64,000 bases of DNA, from NCBI GenBank assembly GCA_012295275.1, contig CM022677.1, positions 8,308,001 to 8,372,000 of the forward strand, given 5' to 3'. The translations under genes were made by a program, and so were the position numbers. The stretch is from Chrysomallon squamiferum. Its lineage: Eukaryota > Animalia > Mollusca. The stretch's first letter is position 1, and the number at the start of each line of letters is the position of its first letter. The notes under the pieces were generated by a model, which had not been told where the DNA came from, did no database searches, and saw only the letters and a program-made list of their open reading frames with translations. Of the stretch, positions 27,255 to 39,499 are shown in pieces.

Positions 27255-28480
27255 ATATATGGAGCGGCTAACCACACGAGATTTCTGTATGAATAAAATC
27301 TGATATCATTTCTGAAAAGAGTTTGAACACTTCAAAATAATAAATAAATAGTAAAAATTAAAATTCATAAACTATACTTAATTATGTAATAATGTAGATT
27401 TTAAAAACAAAATCTCTGCTCAACCTTATTGCATGAAAGAGAAAACAACACCACCTTTTAATTTAGTAAAATATTAATCTTTATTTTTTTTTTAAATATA
27501 TATCCTACATTTCTGAATTATTGTTACTGTTATGTAAATATAATGTTCATAAATGCAACATTGAGAGGAACAAACTTCTTTAATTTGCTGTCACCACCAC
27601 TGATCAAGATATAAATGACTGGCATGATTTACATGTCTATGATGTTTCGTGTTTGAAACGTTTTTTCAACTTTTGTGTTCATCAGTTGTTTTTGCCAGTT
27701 CATGCTTTGAGCTGCTTTTCGCTTCAAGTCAGCTCCAGGTCGTGCTTTTCACGTGGCCCGCTACACACGGGAAGAGGGTGGAGCCCATGGACGTCGGTGT
27801 CCTTGCATTGGACGTGAACGATCGGGAAAACAAAGAAATCCACCTGTACAAGAAGAAAAGAAAAATGTTTATTTATTACGTAATGTTATCGTTACTTCAT
27901 TCGCAGTATAGTTGTGTCTAATATGAAAGTAGGGAATATTTGCGAAAAATAATAATGTTTCAACATATTTTGTTATGATACCTTATACTCAGGATGAATC
28001 CATGGGTTGAATGTCTCTGTCGTCGAAGGGGTCCACGTCCATGGGCTCTTACACGCGGATTCAGAAAAAAATATGTTAAAATACTTTTTATAAACCATTA
28101 TCTAAATAATCTTAGACTTGAAGAACTGATGAAAAGTTGTCTGAGAATGAGATTTATGTTACCGCCATTTTTTAATTTCTTTTATTATTTTAATTTTACT
28201 TTTTTTGTTATATAATTCTTATTTTATTTAGGATTCTGTAGAAAAAATGTTCTGACAAGAGTATGTTACCAACGTAAGTAACAAAAATAAACACAGTTTT
28301 CAATTAAATATAACATTAATATAGCATAATCTAATTTGAACAAAACACAACGTTCAATGTAAACTAAAATATGTTAATAATATAAAAATTAAACTCACAT
28401 CAATGTGGACCTCATTATTTGTAGATGAAATTCAGTATATAAAGCGAAAAAAAAACAAAGAAACATTATTTTAAGGATAT
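27255..28480 (-). pseudogene. Copy 1 of small spliced PMEVD-repeat gene (middle-exon acceptor mutated)
   Basis: Paralog of 29022-30370. Minus strand: exon ending ATGAGGTCCACATTGAT|GTGAGT (~28397); exon ~28061-27982 (EPMDVDPFDDRDIQPMDSS*) preceded by CTG instead of CAG; last exon acceptor TTCTTCTTGTACAG at ~27844. Confidence 0.55.
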
Positions 28481-28705
28481 AAAATAGAATTATCCGCTTA
28501 ATATATTTATAAAAAATGATTTCCTCTGGCTTAATTATTTCTTTTAACTTACATATTAAAATTCGACTAAGTTCCTCTGATATATAATTCGAAATAATTT
28601 TTAAAATATCTTTTGAAATGTTTTAATTTTTTTAGTTTCTGAAGAATCATAGTAATCCAAGGGTAACTAAAAATGTGTTCCTCAGCTGAAATGTAAATAA
28701 CTGTC

Positions 28706-28707
<2 letters not shown>

Positions 28708-28774
<67 letters not shown>

Positions 28775-28810
28775 TTAATATTAATAATTATATATATATA
28801 TATATATATT
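28708..28810. repeat. (AAT)n and (AT)n microsatellites
   Basis: Perfect runs. Confidence 0.98.
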
Positions 28811-28879
28811 ATGACTAAAAATAAATAATAAATGAGTATTGAAAAGACTCTTGTATTTAGCATTAATACCAATACCGAC

Positions 28880-29005
28880 TGTTATGTGAAGTGCTAATAT
28901 AACAGAACAACAATGTCTGGAGGTATCTGCACATGTAGTCATGGCGCCACCTTGTACAGTTGAGATCTTTAGAATATAAAGTGGAAAATCCCTGGGACCG
29001 GTCCT
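28880..29005. mobile_element. Possible hAT-like MITE end between the tandem gene copies
   Basis: Minus-strand terminus CAGGACCGGTCCCAGGGATTT resembles hAT TIRs; other end not found. Confidence 0.3.
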
Positions 29006-29021
29006 GGGTGTGATCGCTAAG

Positions 29022-30370
29022 ATATACGGAGCGGCTAACCACACGAGATTTCTGTCTTCTCAGCATGAATAAAATCTGATATCATTTCTGAAATGAGTTT
29101 GATCACTTCACAATAATAAATAAATAGTACAAATTAAAATTTATAAACTATACTTATGTAATAACGTAGATTTTAATAACAAAATCTGTGCTCAACCTGA
29201 TTAAATGAAAGAGAAAAATAACACCACTTATTAATTTAGAAAAATATTAATCTTTACAAATGTAAAAATATATATCGTACATGGGATGAATGTATATATG
29301 TATGTATGTATGTATGTATTCTAAAACATTTCTGAATTATTGTTACTGTTATGTAAATATATGTTCATAAATGCAACACTGCGAGGAAAAAACTTCTTTA
29401 ATTTGCTGTCACCACCACTGATCAAGATATAAATGACTGGCATGATTTACATGTTTATGATGTTTCGTGTTTGAAACGTTTTTTCAACTTTTGTGTTCGT
29501 CAGTTGTTATTTCCAGTTCATGCTTTGAACTGCTTTTCGCTTCAAGTCAGCTCCAGGTCGTGCTTTTCACGTGGCCCGCTACACATGGGAAGAGGGTGGA
29601 GCCCATGGACGTCGGTGTCCTTGCATTGGACGTGAACGATCGGGAGAATCAAAGAAGTCCACCTGTACAAGAAGAAAAGAAAAATGTTTATTTATTATAT
29701 AATCTTTACTTCATTCGCAATATAGCTGTGTCTAATATGAAAGTAGAGAATATTTGCGAAAAATAATAATGTTTCAACATATTTTATTATGATACCTTAT
29801 ACTCCGGTTGTATCCATGGGTTCCCCGAATGGCTCAACCTCCATTGGTTGAATGTCTCTGTCGTCGATTGGGTCAACCTCCATTGGTTGAATGTCTCTGT
29901 CGTCGAAGAGGTCGACGTCCATGGACTCTTCGAAACGGATTCTGAAAATAACAGAACTGTTCAAGTATTTTATAGAAACCATTCACTAAATATTTTTAGA
30001 CGTGAAGAATTAATAAAATAATAGTTGTTAGATAATGAGATATGTTTTACACTCCTTTATTCTTTTTAAATAAAAACATTCGAAACACTATATGTAATTG
30101 ATTGTTGTTGTTATTTTTATGTAAAAATAAACATATTTTAACAATATAAGAAACAGGAATCATAGCATTAGAGGTTAAAAAGTAGTTCATACACACAGTT
30201 TTCAATTATCGTTGATTCTCTAATCTAAAAATAATATTGCAGAACCTCACTGTGAATAAAACAATATGTCCAGTTTGGACTTAAATATTTTAATAATATA
30301 AAAATTAAACCTACACAAATGTAACCTTTATCACATTGAGATGCAATTCAATATACAAAGTAAAAAAAAC
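29022..30370 (-). CDS. Copy 2 of small spliced gene encoding an acidic peptide with (P)M(D/E)V(D/E) repeats; function unknown, may be non-coding
   Basis: Exon ~29941-29796 is flanked by TTATTTTCAG and AAG|GTATCA and reads IRFEESMDVDLFDDRDIQPMEVDPIDDRDIQPMEVEPFGEPMDTTGV* (36-bp internal repeat). The next exon starts at ~29663 after TTTTCTTCTTGTACAG. Upstream donor GTAGGT at ~30314. Confidence 0.45.
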
Positions 30371-30429
30371 GAAGGAAAGTAGAGTCAGAACTAACTCGAA
30401 TGCGTTAATCTTCAATATCGCCAACTGTA

Positions 30430-30480
30430 TCTATGTAAACAAACCATTGATGACGTCATAGACCCGAACGTAAAAACGAA
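30430..30480. promoter_or_regulatory. Candidate promoter: forkhead site GTAAACA plus palindromic CRE ATGACGTCAT
   Basis: Motifs lie ~100 bp upstream of the putative first exon of the minus-strand PMEVD gene. Confidence 0.4.
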
Positions 30481-30759
30481 GTTAGCCGAATATTAATTTT
30501 TATTTTCAACTCCGATCGATGTATAAATTCTAATTTGTAAGCACGAAATCTTCAGTGATTTAAATCTTATTATAATTTATTTTTTAACGATTGTCATCAA
30601 TAATTATTTATTTATTTTCGAAGTAATTCATGTTATTTTAGATATGTCTACCGCAAAGATCTGAAACAGAAACAAAACCAAGAACCGAGATGTCAGATTA
30701 TTGTAATAAATTAATCTAAATTTCAATGATTATATTTACTGATCACCATATTCACATTC

Positions 30760-30945
30760 TTCACGTTTATGATGTTTTTATCAGTTTGTGGTTTGAGCTG
30801 TCAACTGTCATGCCGTGCTTGTTGGACCACTACACACGGGAAGACGGTTTTGCCCATGGACACCCATGGAGGTGACCCCTCCGTAGGCAGAAAGAAATCT
30901 ACATCTACAAGAAGAAAGAAAATGTTTACTTACTTATAATAACAC
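30760..30945 (-). repeat. Third, diverged partial copy of the PMEVD gene last exon
   Basis: GTTTATGATGTTT, CTACACACGGGAAGA..GCCCATGGAC and ACAAGAAGAAAG..AAAATGTTTA match 27640-27880. Confidence 0.7.
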
Positions 30946-33419
30946 TCAACTTCAGTACTGCCATCGCTATTTATGTTACATGTCTTATGTTGTAAACAGA
31001 GGCGCAGCTATAATGTTATGTATTGATAACACAGTTTATTGAAAAATACAAGTGTTATTTTTGAATTTACAATATATAAATAAATAAATAAATAATAAGC
31101 TTAATTTTTCATTAATTGTATAACTACCTAAGAAGTTGAATAATGAATCAACTTTTAAAGATGCCTATGAAAAAAAATGAATGTCTTCCACATTCTTCTT
31201 CTTCTTCTTCTTCTTCTAATTATTATTATTATTATTTGTTAAGATAGTAGGGTTGCAATTTAGAGGTGAGAGACTAGTTTAAAATGTTTTAACTTCACCA
31301 TATTATTGACATTTACAAGTGTATCTTTCGTAAATACTTGAAACTTTAATACAGATTCTTATTATTAAAAATAAAGTAAAACACAAATTAATTAACTTAC
31401 TTAAGAATATAAATAAATAAATAAATAAATAAAGATCCTTCAGTATTTTCAGAATACACAGAACCTCGGCCAGTGAGATAAAATATCATCGCTGCTTTAT
31501 TATCAATATTTTCTGCAGTGTTTATAACAAAATTACTGAAGTTATAATTACAGCTACACCTGCACTTACCTCTACAGTCTGAGAGGTAGATAGGTAGGTG
31601 GATAGATTATACAGACAGACAGACAGACAGAGATATAGACAGTCCGACAAACATATTGATAGATAGATGGATAGACAGACCGACAGAGATATTAAAATGA
31701 CCTATAAAAGAAAAGATGTTAAAAGCGAGGTTAATATTTTAACGCATATACAAACATTTTCTTACAAGTTCATTTGCTATGAAATGAAAAATCTCTATCT
31801 ATCTCTATATCCATCCCTAGATATCTTAAGTGTATCTATATATCTATTATTTAACTACATACAATCAACTTATGTTGTTATGTATATAACCAGATTCTTT
31901 CTTTTGTATGTGTGTGTGTGTCTGTATATCTATCTATTGATAATTGTTTCTTCTTTTTTTCAATAAGAATATCTGAAATAACGAGATTAACGATAAAAAT
32001 ACGAACAATAACTACAATAATACTACTTAAAATGATAAATAAAATAATAATTAAGAACGAATACTGAAACAAGTGAAAAAGAAAATGAAAATATTTCAGG
32101 CCTATAGTTATTATAAAGAAACAGTTATATTAAATAGAAATTAAAAATAGGTTTAAATAAAATGATTTTAGTGAATTCAGTAAATTTGAGTGGATATACT
32201 TCTGATGTCACTAATAATCTTTCGTCTCTTCATTTGTTGAAAAAAAGAGATATATTTCTATGTGATTTCTTTTTGTTGTTTTGTTCTTTTTTTAAATTTT
32301 ACTTGACACTCAGTCTTTTTTGTATATTCTCCAACGTGTTAACTAGAGTTATTTCCCGTAGACCACAAACTTCTGAAATAGATTACTCAATATATGCGAT
32401 GCGACGGTAAATTAGATTTGCTGCTTTTTGATGAAAATAACTAATTGTGTTTAATGTTTTTAACAGACAGCACCAGCTTAATAACATGCCTTATGTTTTC
32501 TTTGTCTTTTAAATAACCAGTTTCCATTAGTTTTGGTTTATTTAATGTGTTATTATTATTTATTGAATTATTGTAAAATGCTTATTTTGTTTAATGTTTT
32601 TATTCAAGTTAATTTATTTCTTTTCGATTTGTCTCTTTAAAAACAATAAATTTATTTACAAATTATCTGTATGATATTTTTGGTATATTTGCGCATATAC
32701 AATACACCATATTTAGGACAATTTTTGAAAGCTATTTAATAATAAAACTTAAAAAGTAATAAAAGCAAAGTCAGACCGTCAAAATACTTCCAGAATTTCA
32801 CCGATTTATTGGTACAAACTAAACCTGAATCTTCGTTTCTATTGGCGAACATTGCCAACTGGAAAAGTTAATACAGTAATCTTATTATAAATTATAATTT
32901 CAGTTTATTATGCACTCACTTGTATAAACATAACCCAGTTTGAAAAGTTTGATCAAGTTGAAAAAGTACTTAGAAAAGGTCATGGTTTGGTAATATATTA
33001 CCTTTATCAGCGGAAATCTAATTTACAAATCATAAAAAAGTTAAGAAAATAGACGTAAAACAGTTGAAATTGGAAACTCGATCAGACGGTTTCCGAGAGC
33101 TCACGGAAACGTCCGATCGAAATCCAAGATGGCAACGTCGAACGCCGATCAGTGTTTACAAACTTTTAAACATCCAATCAAGTCTATATGGATTATTAAA
33201 AGTAATTTGGGAAATACATCATATAACTTATACCGTTTATACATTAGATGTCTATTATTGAGTAGTAATTGCTGCAAAGTTCGAAATAATTTTTTTTTTT
33301 TTTCTTTGTAACTTTGACCGTCATACTATCTCGTACCCATTTCGTACTAGATTTATTTTTGCAGATATTATTTCGAAACATCCAGAAATAGAAAATAATA
33401 ATAATAAAATAAATAAATA

Positions 33420-33476
<57 letters not shown>

Positions 33477-34020
33477 TTTCAGTGAGGCTGGTGGGTGAAT
33501 ATTCTCATTTCACCATGACTTGGACACGTTACTCTGCTAAAACTCCACAGTGGACAGTGCTGGGTACGTTGTTGTAAAACAATACTTGAAACCATTATAT
33601 CTTTTATTTTAATATTTATTCATTTTCAATACATTATAGGTGGTATTTAATTGCTCTGTGAATGAATACATTTATTATAATGCTTGTCACATTATAGGTT
33701 AATAGTCGTCATATATTATTACTATAAGATACAAAGATGTCTGTAACAGTTTGTGTTAAAGAGCACATTAATCATAGAACCTGTAATACTTAATTATCAA
33801 TTAATATCTGGTAAAATGAAATAATCCAACTAATTAGAGTAATCTGGGGAGTGACACAGAGAGTAAGAAAGCCAGAGGGAAATATTTATATGTCATAACT
33901 TATTCTTAAGTACATACACTTCTGTCTATACTCTGTTGGTCTGTCTGTCTGTCTGTATATAGAAAGGGCTTTCAAAGCAATAGCACTGTATTCAAAATTA
34001 GAAAAAATAGCAATACCCTA
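30945..34020 (+). repeat. Local segmental duplication, copy B (paralogous to 21740-27240)
   Basis: Same collinear blocks as copy A. Confidence 0.85.
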
Positions 34021-34159
34021 TGTAGGTAAATCTATTTATCATAATCTAACAATCTGTCTATCTCTCTAACCAATTAAATGTTATATTAATGTACTAATTA
34101 GCCATTCCCTTTGGAAATGTTGCCACCCATACACCATGGTGAGGTTCAGTACACGTAGG

Positions 34160-34795
34160 GGATGTTAGTAATGGTTAGTATTTGTTAAATTTAGAACTTG
34201 GTTAATAGTTAGTATTTGTTAAATGCTAGTATTTGCTTAATGGTTAGTATTTGGTTAATGTTTACAATTTTGTTAATGGTTAGTATTTGTTAAAAATTAG
34301 TATTTGGTTAATGGTTAGTATTTGTTAAATGTTAGTATTTGGTTAATCGTTAATATTTTCTTAATGGTTAGTATTTGTTAAACATTAGTATTTGGTTAAT
34401 GGTTACTATTTTGTTAATGGTTAGTATTTGTTAAATGTCAGTATTTGGTTAATAGAATTTGTTTTAAATGTAAAATAATATGTGTGTATGTGAATGTGTG
34501 TGTGTTGATGTGTGTGTTTGTGTTTATACACATATTCAGATAAGTATGTGGTAATTATTAGTAATTGTAACTAATTGGTTAAGGTTAGTATTTGCTAAAT
34601 GTTAGTATGTTTGTGTGTGAGTGTATATATGTTTGTATATATGTTAGTGTAGGTCTGTGTGTGTTCTGTCTGTATGGATATTCGTATGTGTCTGTATGGA
34701 TGTATGTGTGTGTCTCTATATAAAGTTTACTACCTGGTTAATGGTTAGTATTCATGTTAATTGTTAGTATTTTGGTTGCATGTTAGTACTTATTA
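34160..34795. repeat. ~19-20-bp minisatellite AATGGTTAGTATTT(G)GTT
   Basis: Repeated GGTTAGTATTTG(G)TTAA units, interrupted by a GT-rich tract. Confidence 0.9.
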
Positions 34796-35102
34796 ATTAA
34801 AAAAACAATACAAACCTGAGCCCACCTCTCAAGGGTTATGGAGCTGCAAGGAGCATAACCAGCTTCACGTCAACATCATCAACACAATCTCCTATAGCAC
34901 TGATATGCTGGAGCAAAAGGGACAGAATGTTATTATCACTGCAGATATTACCAACTTCAAATAAATATTTTACAAATAAATGTCTGTCTCTATTACTGTT
35001 ATCATCATGTTACTATCATCATCATAAAATAAAAAAATGACAGAAGGATGCCAGCTGAAGTTAAAGCAATACACCTACAGTAACGTTGTAAGGTTTCTAA
35101 TA

Positions 35103-35543
35103 TTACGCATATCCTAGTAAACGACCTATCAGAAGACAAAATTCGATTAGAACAAATAAGATTTTCCACAACAGAGAAGTAAATATACGACTAATAAAGG
35201 TAAATATACGACCGATATACGTAAATATACGTCTGATGGGTCCAGCTGGAGAATGTCGTCTGACTCTTCTGACCCTTTTGACTCTGAGAGGTGGCAATGT
35301 GTACATCTCGCAGTTTCCATCTCTTAAGTTGTACACGATGGCGGTGAATCTTGCAGAGCAAACTGGACAATTTCTTCTGCTTCTAGACCACCTCTCCAAA
35401 CAGCTGAAACAAAATTCATGTAAACACGAGTCTGCATGACATTTATCTAAAAATGCTTCTGAACACAAAGAACAAGTAGGTGACTTATCTGATTCAGGCT
35501 GTTGTGTTGATTCAGCAGTGCTGGGTGATGGTGATGTTGACAT
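35103..35543 (-). CDS. C3HC4 RING-finger protein (Topors/ICP0-like putative E3 ligase) with C-terminal hydrophobic/amphipathic segment
   Basis: CSLC-x11-CLHEFCFSCLERW-x6-CPVC with intact C3HC4 ligands and the conserved Trp. The flank FTAIVYNLR...EMYTL resembles the Topors post-RING segment. The tail LLWKILFVLIEFCLLIGRLLGYA is TM-like. Confidence 0.85.
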   Translation of the reverse strand: MSTSPSPSTAESTQQPESDKSPTCSLCSEAFLDKCHADSCLHEFCFSCLERWSRSRRNCPVCSARFTAIVYNLRDGNCEMYTLPPLRVKRVRRVRRHSPAGPIRRIFTYIGRIFTFISRIFTSLLWKILFVLIEFCLLIGRLLGYA

Positions 35544-35774
35544 TCCTGGTCTTTCTCCACATACTGCTTTTACAGGGTCACGTTCGGAAATCTTTCGCCC
35601 TTTCGGACGCTTTTCCGGGCACCCATCATCCTGTGCTTTCCGTTTCCGAGATGTTGATGTCCCTGGTCCTGTACGTGTTGTTTATCCATGCTCACGTTCG
35701 GAAAGCTTTCGCCCTTTTGGAGGCTTCTCAGGGCACCCATCATCCTGTGCTTTTCGTTTCTGTGCTTTTCCCAT
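35544..35774 (-). pseudogene. In-frame N-terminal extension of the RING ORF (two 38-aa basic repeats) interrupted by one TAA
   Basis: ATG at 35774 is in frame and reads MGKAQKRKAQDDGCPEKPPKGRKLSEREHG*TTRTGPGTSTSRKRKAQDDGCPEKRPKGRKISERDPVKAVCGERPG-MSTSP. Stop at 35684-35682; splice acceptor (..TACTGCAG) at ~35788. Confidence 0.75.
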
Positions 35775-37264
35775 TTCGTATTGATAACTGCAGTAACATT
35801 GTAGGAGAAAAGAAAATTATATATAATCCAAAAATATCTACTAATTTTATTTCTGTTGTTAGAACTATATCTATTTTTATTTTATTTTTTATGGCAGTAA
35901 ACTTTTTTACTTATACGTTTTATCTGTTTGTTTCACTAACGTTAATCTTCGCACAAGGATTTTACAACCAGGGCTAATGTTCACATAATGAACATATAGC
36001 TTGGAACTTTGCATGAATTTATTACATAATGTCAGTTTCGCATCTAAAATGACAGGTGTACAGGGTTTAAATTGTTTGTGGATGGTGATTTTAAAAATTC
36101 ATTCAAAATAAATTAAAATATATTGTCAAACACACACACACACACACACACACATATTTAAGGTTTATATGTGATGTGATTTCATAACATGAAATTTATT
36201 ATTTTATTTATTTATTTTTATTTTATTTTATTTGTTGCTGTTTTATTGTGTCATAGCTTTTAAAACTTATATTTTTATTTCAGTTATTGTTATTATCAGT
36301 GTTACTTTTTCTTTATCTATATTATTGTTCTTGTTGCTTTTTGTCGTTGGAGGAGTTGTTAGGTACTGAAAAGTGATTTTCAGTTTAGGAAATACAAGGT
36401 TGACTAAGTTATAGCTAACTTTTTATCCTGATTTCAGAAACAAAATATTTAAAATTGTCATTCAAATTGTTCCAAAGTTTTTGTTTTTTTAATATTGCCA
36501 TTTTGAAGAAATCTTTTTATAGGCTTGTTTCATAATATGTCAACTGTGTCTTCCAAACTCTGCTAAGAATATTTACATACAAAGTTGGCAAAATCATTCA
36601 TTTGATATTAATATATATATATATATATATATATATCTTTGAAAATTCATAACTTCATTCTATTATAAATATAATTATGTTGTTTATTTTTTGTTTGGTT
36701 CTTGTTTTTGTTTTTTTAATTAATAACCGATACACACTTGCAGAAACATAATCAAAGATACTTATGATATTGTGATTATTTTTGTAACATTCGTGAAATA
36801 AACATAACGATAAAGATACAAGCACGCACACACAAACACACACACGCACACACACACATATATATTAGATTAAGAGGTCATACAATCAGATACATAGAGA
36901 AATGCAAAAATCTATTTTAAATAATCAGCTTATTTTGTAATTTGTCTTTTTTCCTCTTTTTCCTTACATTATTTTATTGTGTTTGTTTGTCAGTTTATTT
37001 TGTTTCATTTAATCACAAACACACAACACAACTGGTAATTTTGATACCAGATAAATCTCTTTGCCTCTGTTCACATAGAGTTACTACATTTACAAACAAA
37101 AATAAAATCACATAATTGACTTAGTTATATAATTTCTGACACAGGCTCAGGATTCCTTATAATTATAAAATGTTTTGCTTTACGTATTCCTGGATAAGAA
37201 AGCATAATCCATGTATTTGAAATTGTAACAATAAAAATAGATGTAAATAAATAAATACTAAATT

Positions 37265-37800
37265 TACCTGAACTTACTGCTTCGTCTGGGATAAAAATAA
37301 CAGTTTGAAATTTTCTATGTTTTTTTTTATTTGTTTGATATAATATGTCCACGGACAGCAGTTTCACGGTGCGCAAACAAGTAAATGTTCATTTCATTTC
37401 TTTTCTTTTCTTTAATCTATTTACTTCATATTTCAATTATTTATTTCATTTTTTTTTTATTAATATGATTATTTTTATGATTTATTTTTGGTTTGTTCTT
37501 TTTACTTTTATTTATTTATTTATTTTATTTTTAAATAATAATATTATTATAGTTGTTTTGTTTTCTTGTTGTTTTTTTTTAAATTTATTTCATGATGGAA
37601 TTTCCTAATTGCGTTTTAAAATAATGTCTTCAGAATTATTTGATTTCTTCTTCATCAGTAAAGAAAACCTTTACCAAAATGGTCTCGCCCAGTAAATATG
37701 TTTGTATTGACCGGCAGGACTCGGCAAATTTCGCGAGACTCCGTTATTTAGAGTACTTTTCAGTTAGTTTGTATATAAACGTCCGGAAATAAACTCCCGT
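37265..37800 (-). promoter_or_regulatory. Candidate promoter and 5' UTR exons of the RING gene
   Basis: CpG-enriched patch 37680-37800 with ETS-like CCGGAAAT and TTTCGCGAGA. Minus-strand donor TTG|GTAAAG at ~37671 and micro-exon TTTTATCCCAG|ACGAAGCA|GTAAGT at ~37285-37278. Confidence 0.35.
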
Positions 37801-39499
37801 AAAATGACATACAACAGATGCTCAGATTAAAATAATACTAACGCTACTGCTGCTGCTGCTACTACTACTACTTACTACTACTACTACTACTACTACTACT
37901 AATAATAATAATAATAAGAAGAAGAAGAAGAAGAAGAAGAATGAATAAATAATAAATATAAAATTAAAATAACATGAAAGTTTTATACGATTTTATTCGA
38001 ATTCAGTTTGGAATTGCTCTTCTTATAGCACAATAATTATTTATAACGATAATATTTTATTAATACTAATTAAATATAGAGTTAACTACTATTATTAATT
38101 ATAATCAATTATACAAATTAAATTGCTAACAATAAATGTATTTAAAACAAAAATAATAATAAAAACAAATGTGACCTACTGATATTGGCATTCAAATATC
38201 AACTGACGTAAAATCGTTAAATGTTTTATTTATACCCGAAATTAAATCCGCTGACGTAGACCTAAATAGACTGCGCATGTGCATGTGCAAGTATTACACT
38301 TGTAACTTTTATTTTTCAAAAGACATAATTATGGTTTATTAATTTATTAATTGAACTAACATTTTAAAAATAGTTATTTAATCCATCAAAATATATATTT
38401 TATTTAAACATATGGATAAACGTTTCTGTCTGTCTGTCTAGTTGTTTTTCAGCAAATGTAGATTCAAATACATTATCTGTTTTGGTTCATTAAGAAAAAG
38501 AGGAAAAGAAAAGAAAAGAAAAAATATGACAATAAAATGAATACCATGTAAATGAAAAATGAAAATAATGTAAAAGAATAAAATAAAAATGTTCACTAAT
38601 CGAATTCGGTCTGGTGCGAGTTGAAGACAGGTCTCGATTACGACAGTAGTTTCAATAAATAAATAAATAAATGACAACCCTTTATAAACATTTTCTGAGG
38701 CGAAGACAATATAAAAATATACTAATTTTGTCATTCAGCTGTATCATAATAATAATTTTACATGCGATTGCGTTCGCAGCCGGAAAATGACGAATGATAC
38801 CGAACAAATCTTTATAACTACCGAAGCATGCTGGACCATGCTGACACAAACCCACTTATAAGATAATAAACAAAACTGGAGCACATTTTAGAACTGCGCT
38901 GTAGCAAGATTCTGGTGTACACTCTGTATTTCTCAATACTCGGGTTTTCTGTATGAGTAAATATCATCGTTGTTATCACTTACAGTTACCCATATCAACT
39001 GTAGTAAAATTTCATGTGTAAATCGCACCACTCTTTTCGCTGAATATAAATTTATATGTATGAGTTTTTTCTTTGTTTTTAAAAATAAATAAAATGCAGT
39101 GTTATTAATTTAAAAAAGGACATTATCGATATATATATATATATATATATATAATGAACACGTTAAAAAAAAGCACATTAATTTATTTCTCAATTTTTAA
39201 AGAAAAATAATACCCCCTCCTCTAGCTCTGACTTCTTTACAGTTTGCTGGTTTTGTTACGCATGATTATCATGTATATCCTGGCTAAGTGCTCTTGAGAA
39301 AACTTATTAACTAACGAACTATTAGTCAATGGCATATGCTGTGCAATCTAAACTACAGGAAGAAATGTTTACCAATAGTTATACATCCTCTAAACTTAAT
39401 ATTAACGTGAATGCTGACATCCTAATAAACATGTTATTATTACTATTTTCATTCAGTCTTCACGTGAAAAAAAAAAGGTAAATGTTTTTTTATCAGATT

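Noticed and set aside
27649-29766. Plus-strand paralogous ORFs (MFETFFQLL...)
   Set aside because: They have non-ATG starts and a frameshift between copies, and splice signals indicate minus-strand transcription. The PMDV peptide arises from the inverted repeat.
34160-34795. Interstitial telomeric repeat
   Set aside because: It contains GGTTAG but only inside a 19-20-bp unit; there is no tandem TTAGGG/TTAGG.
35480-35977. Plus-strand ORFs of 165 and 88 aa
   Set aside because: They are antisense shadows of the RING gene's repeated N-terminal region.
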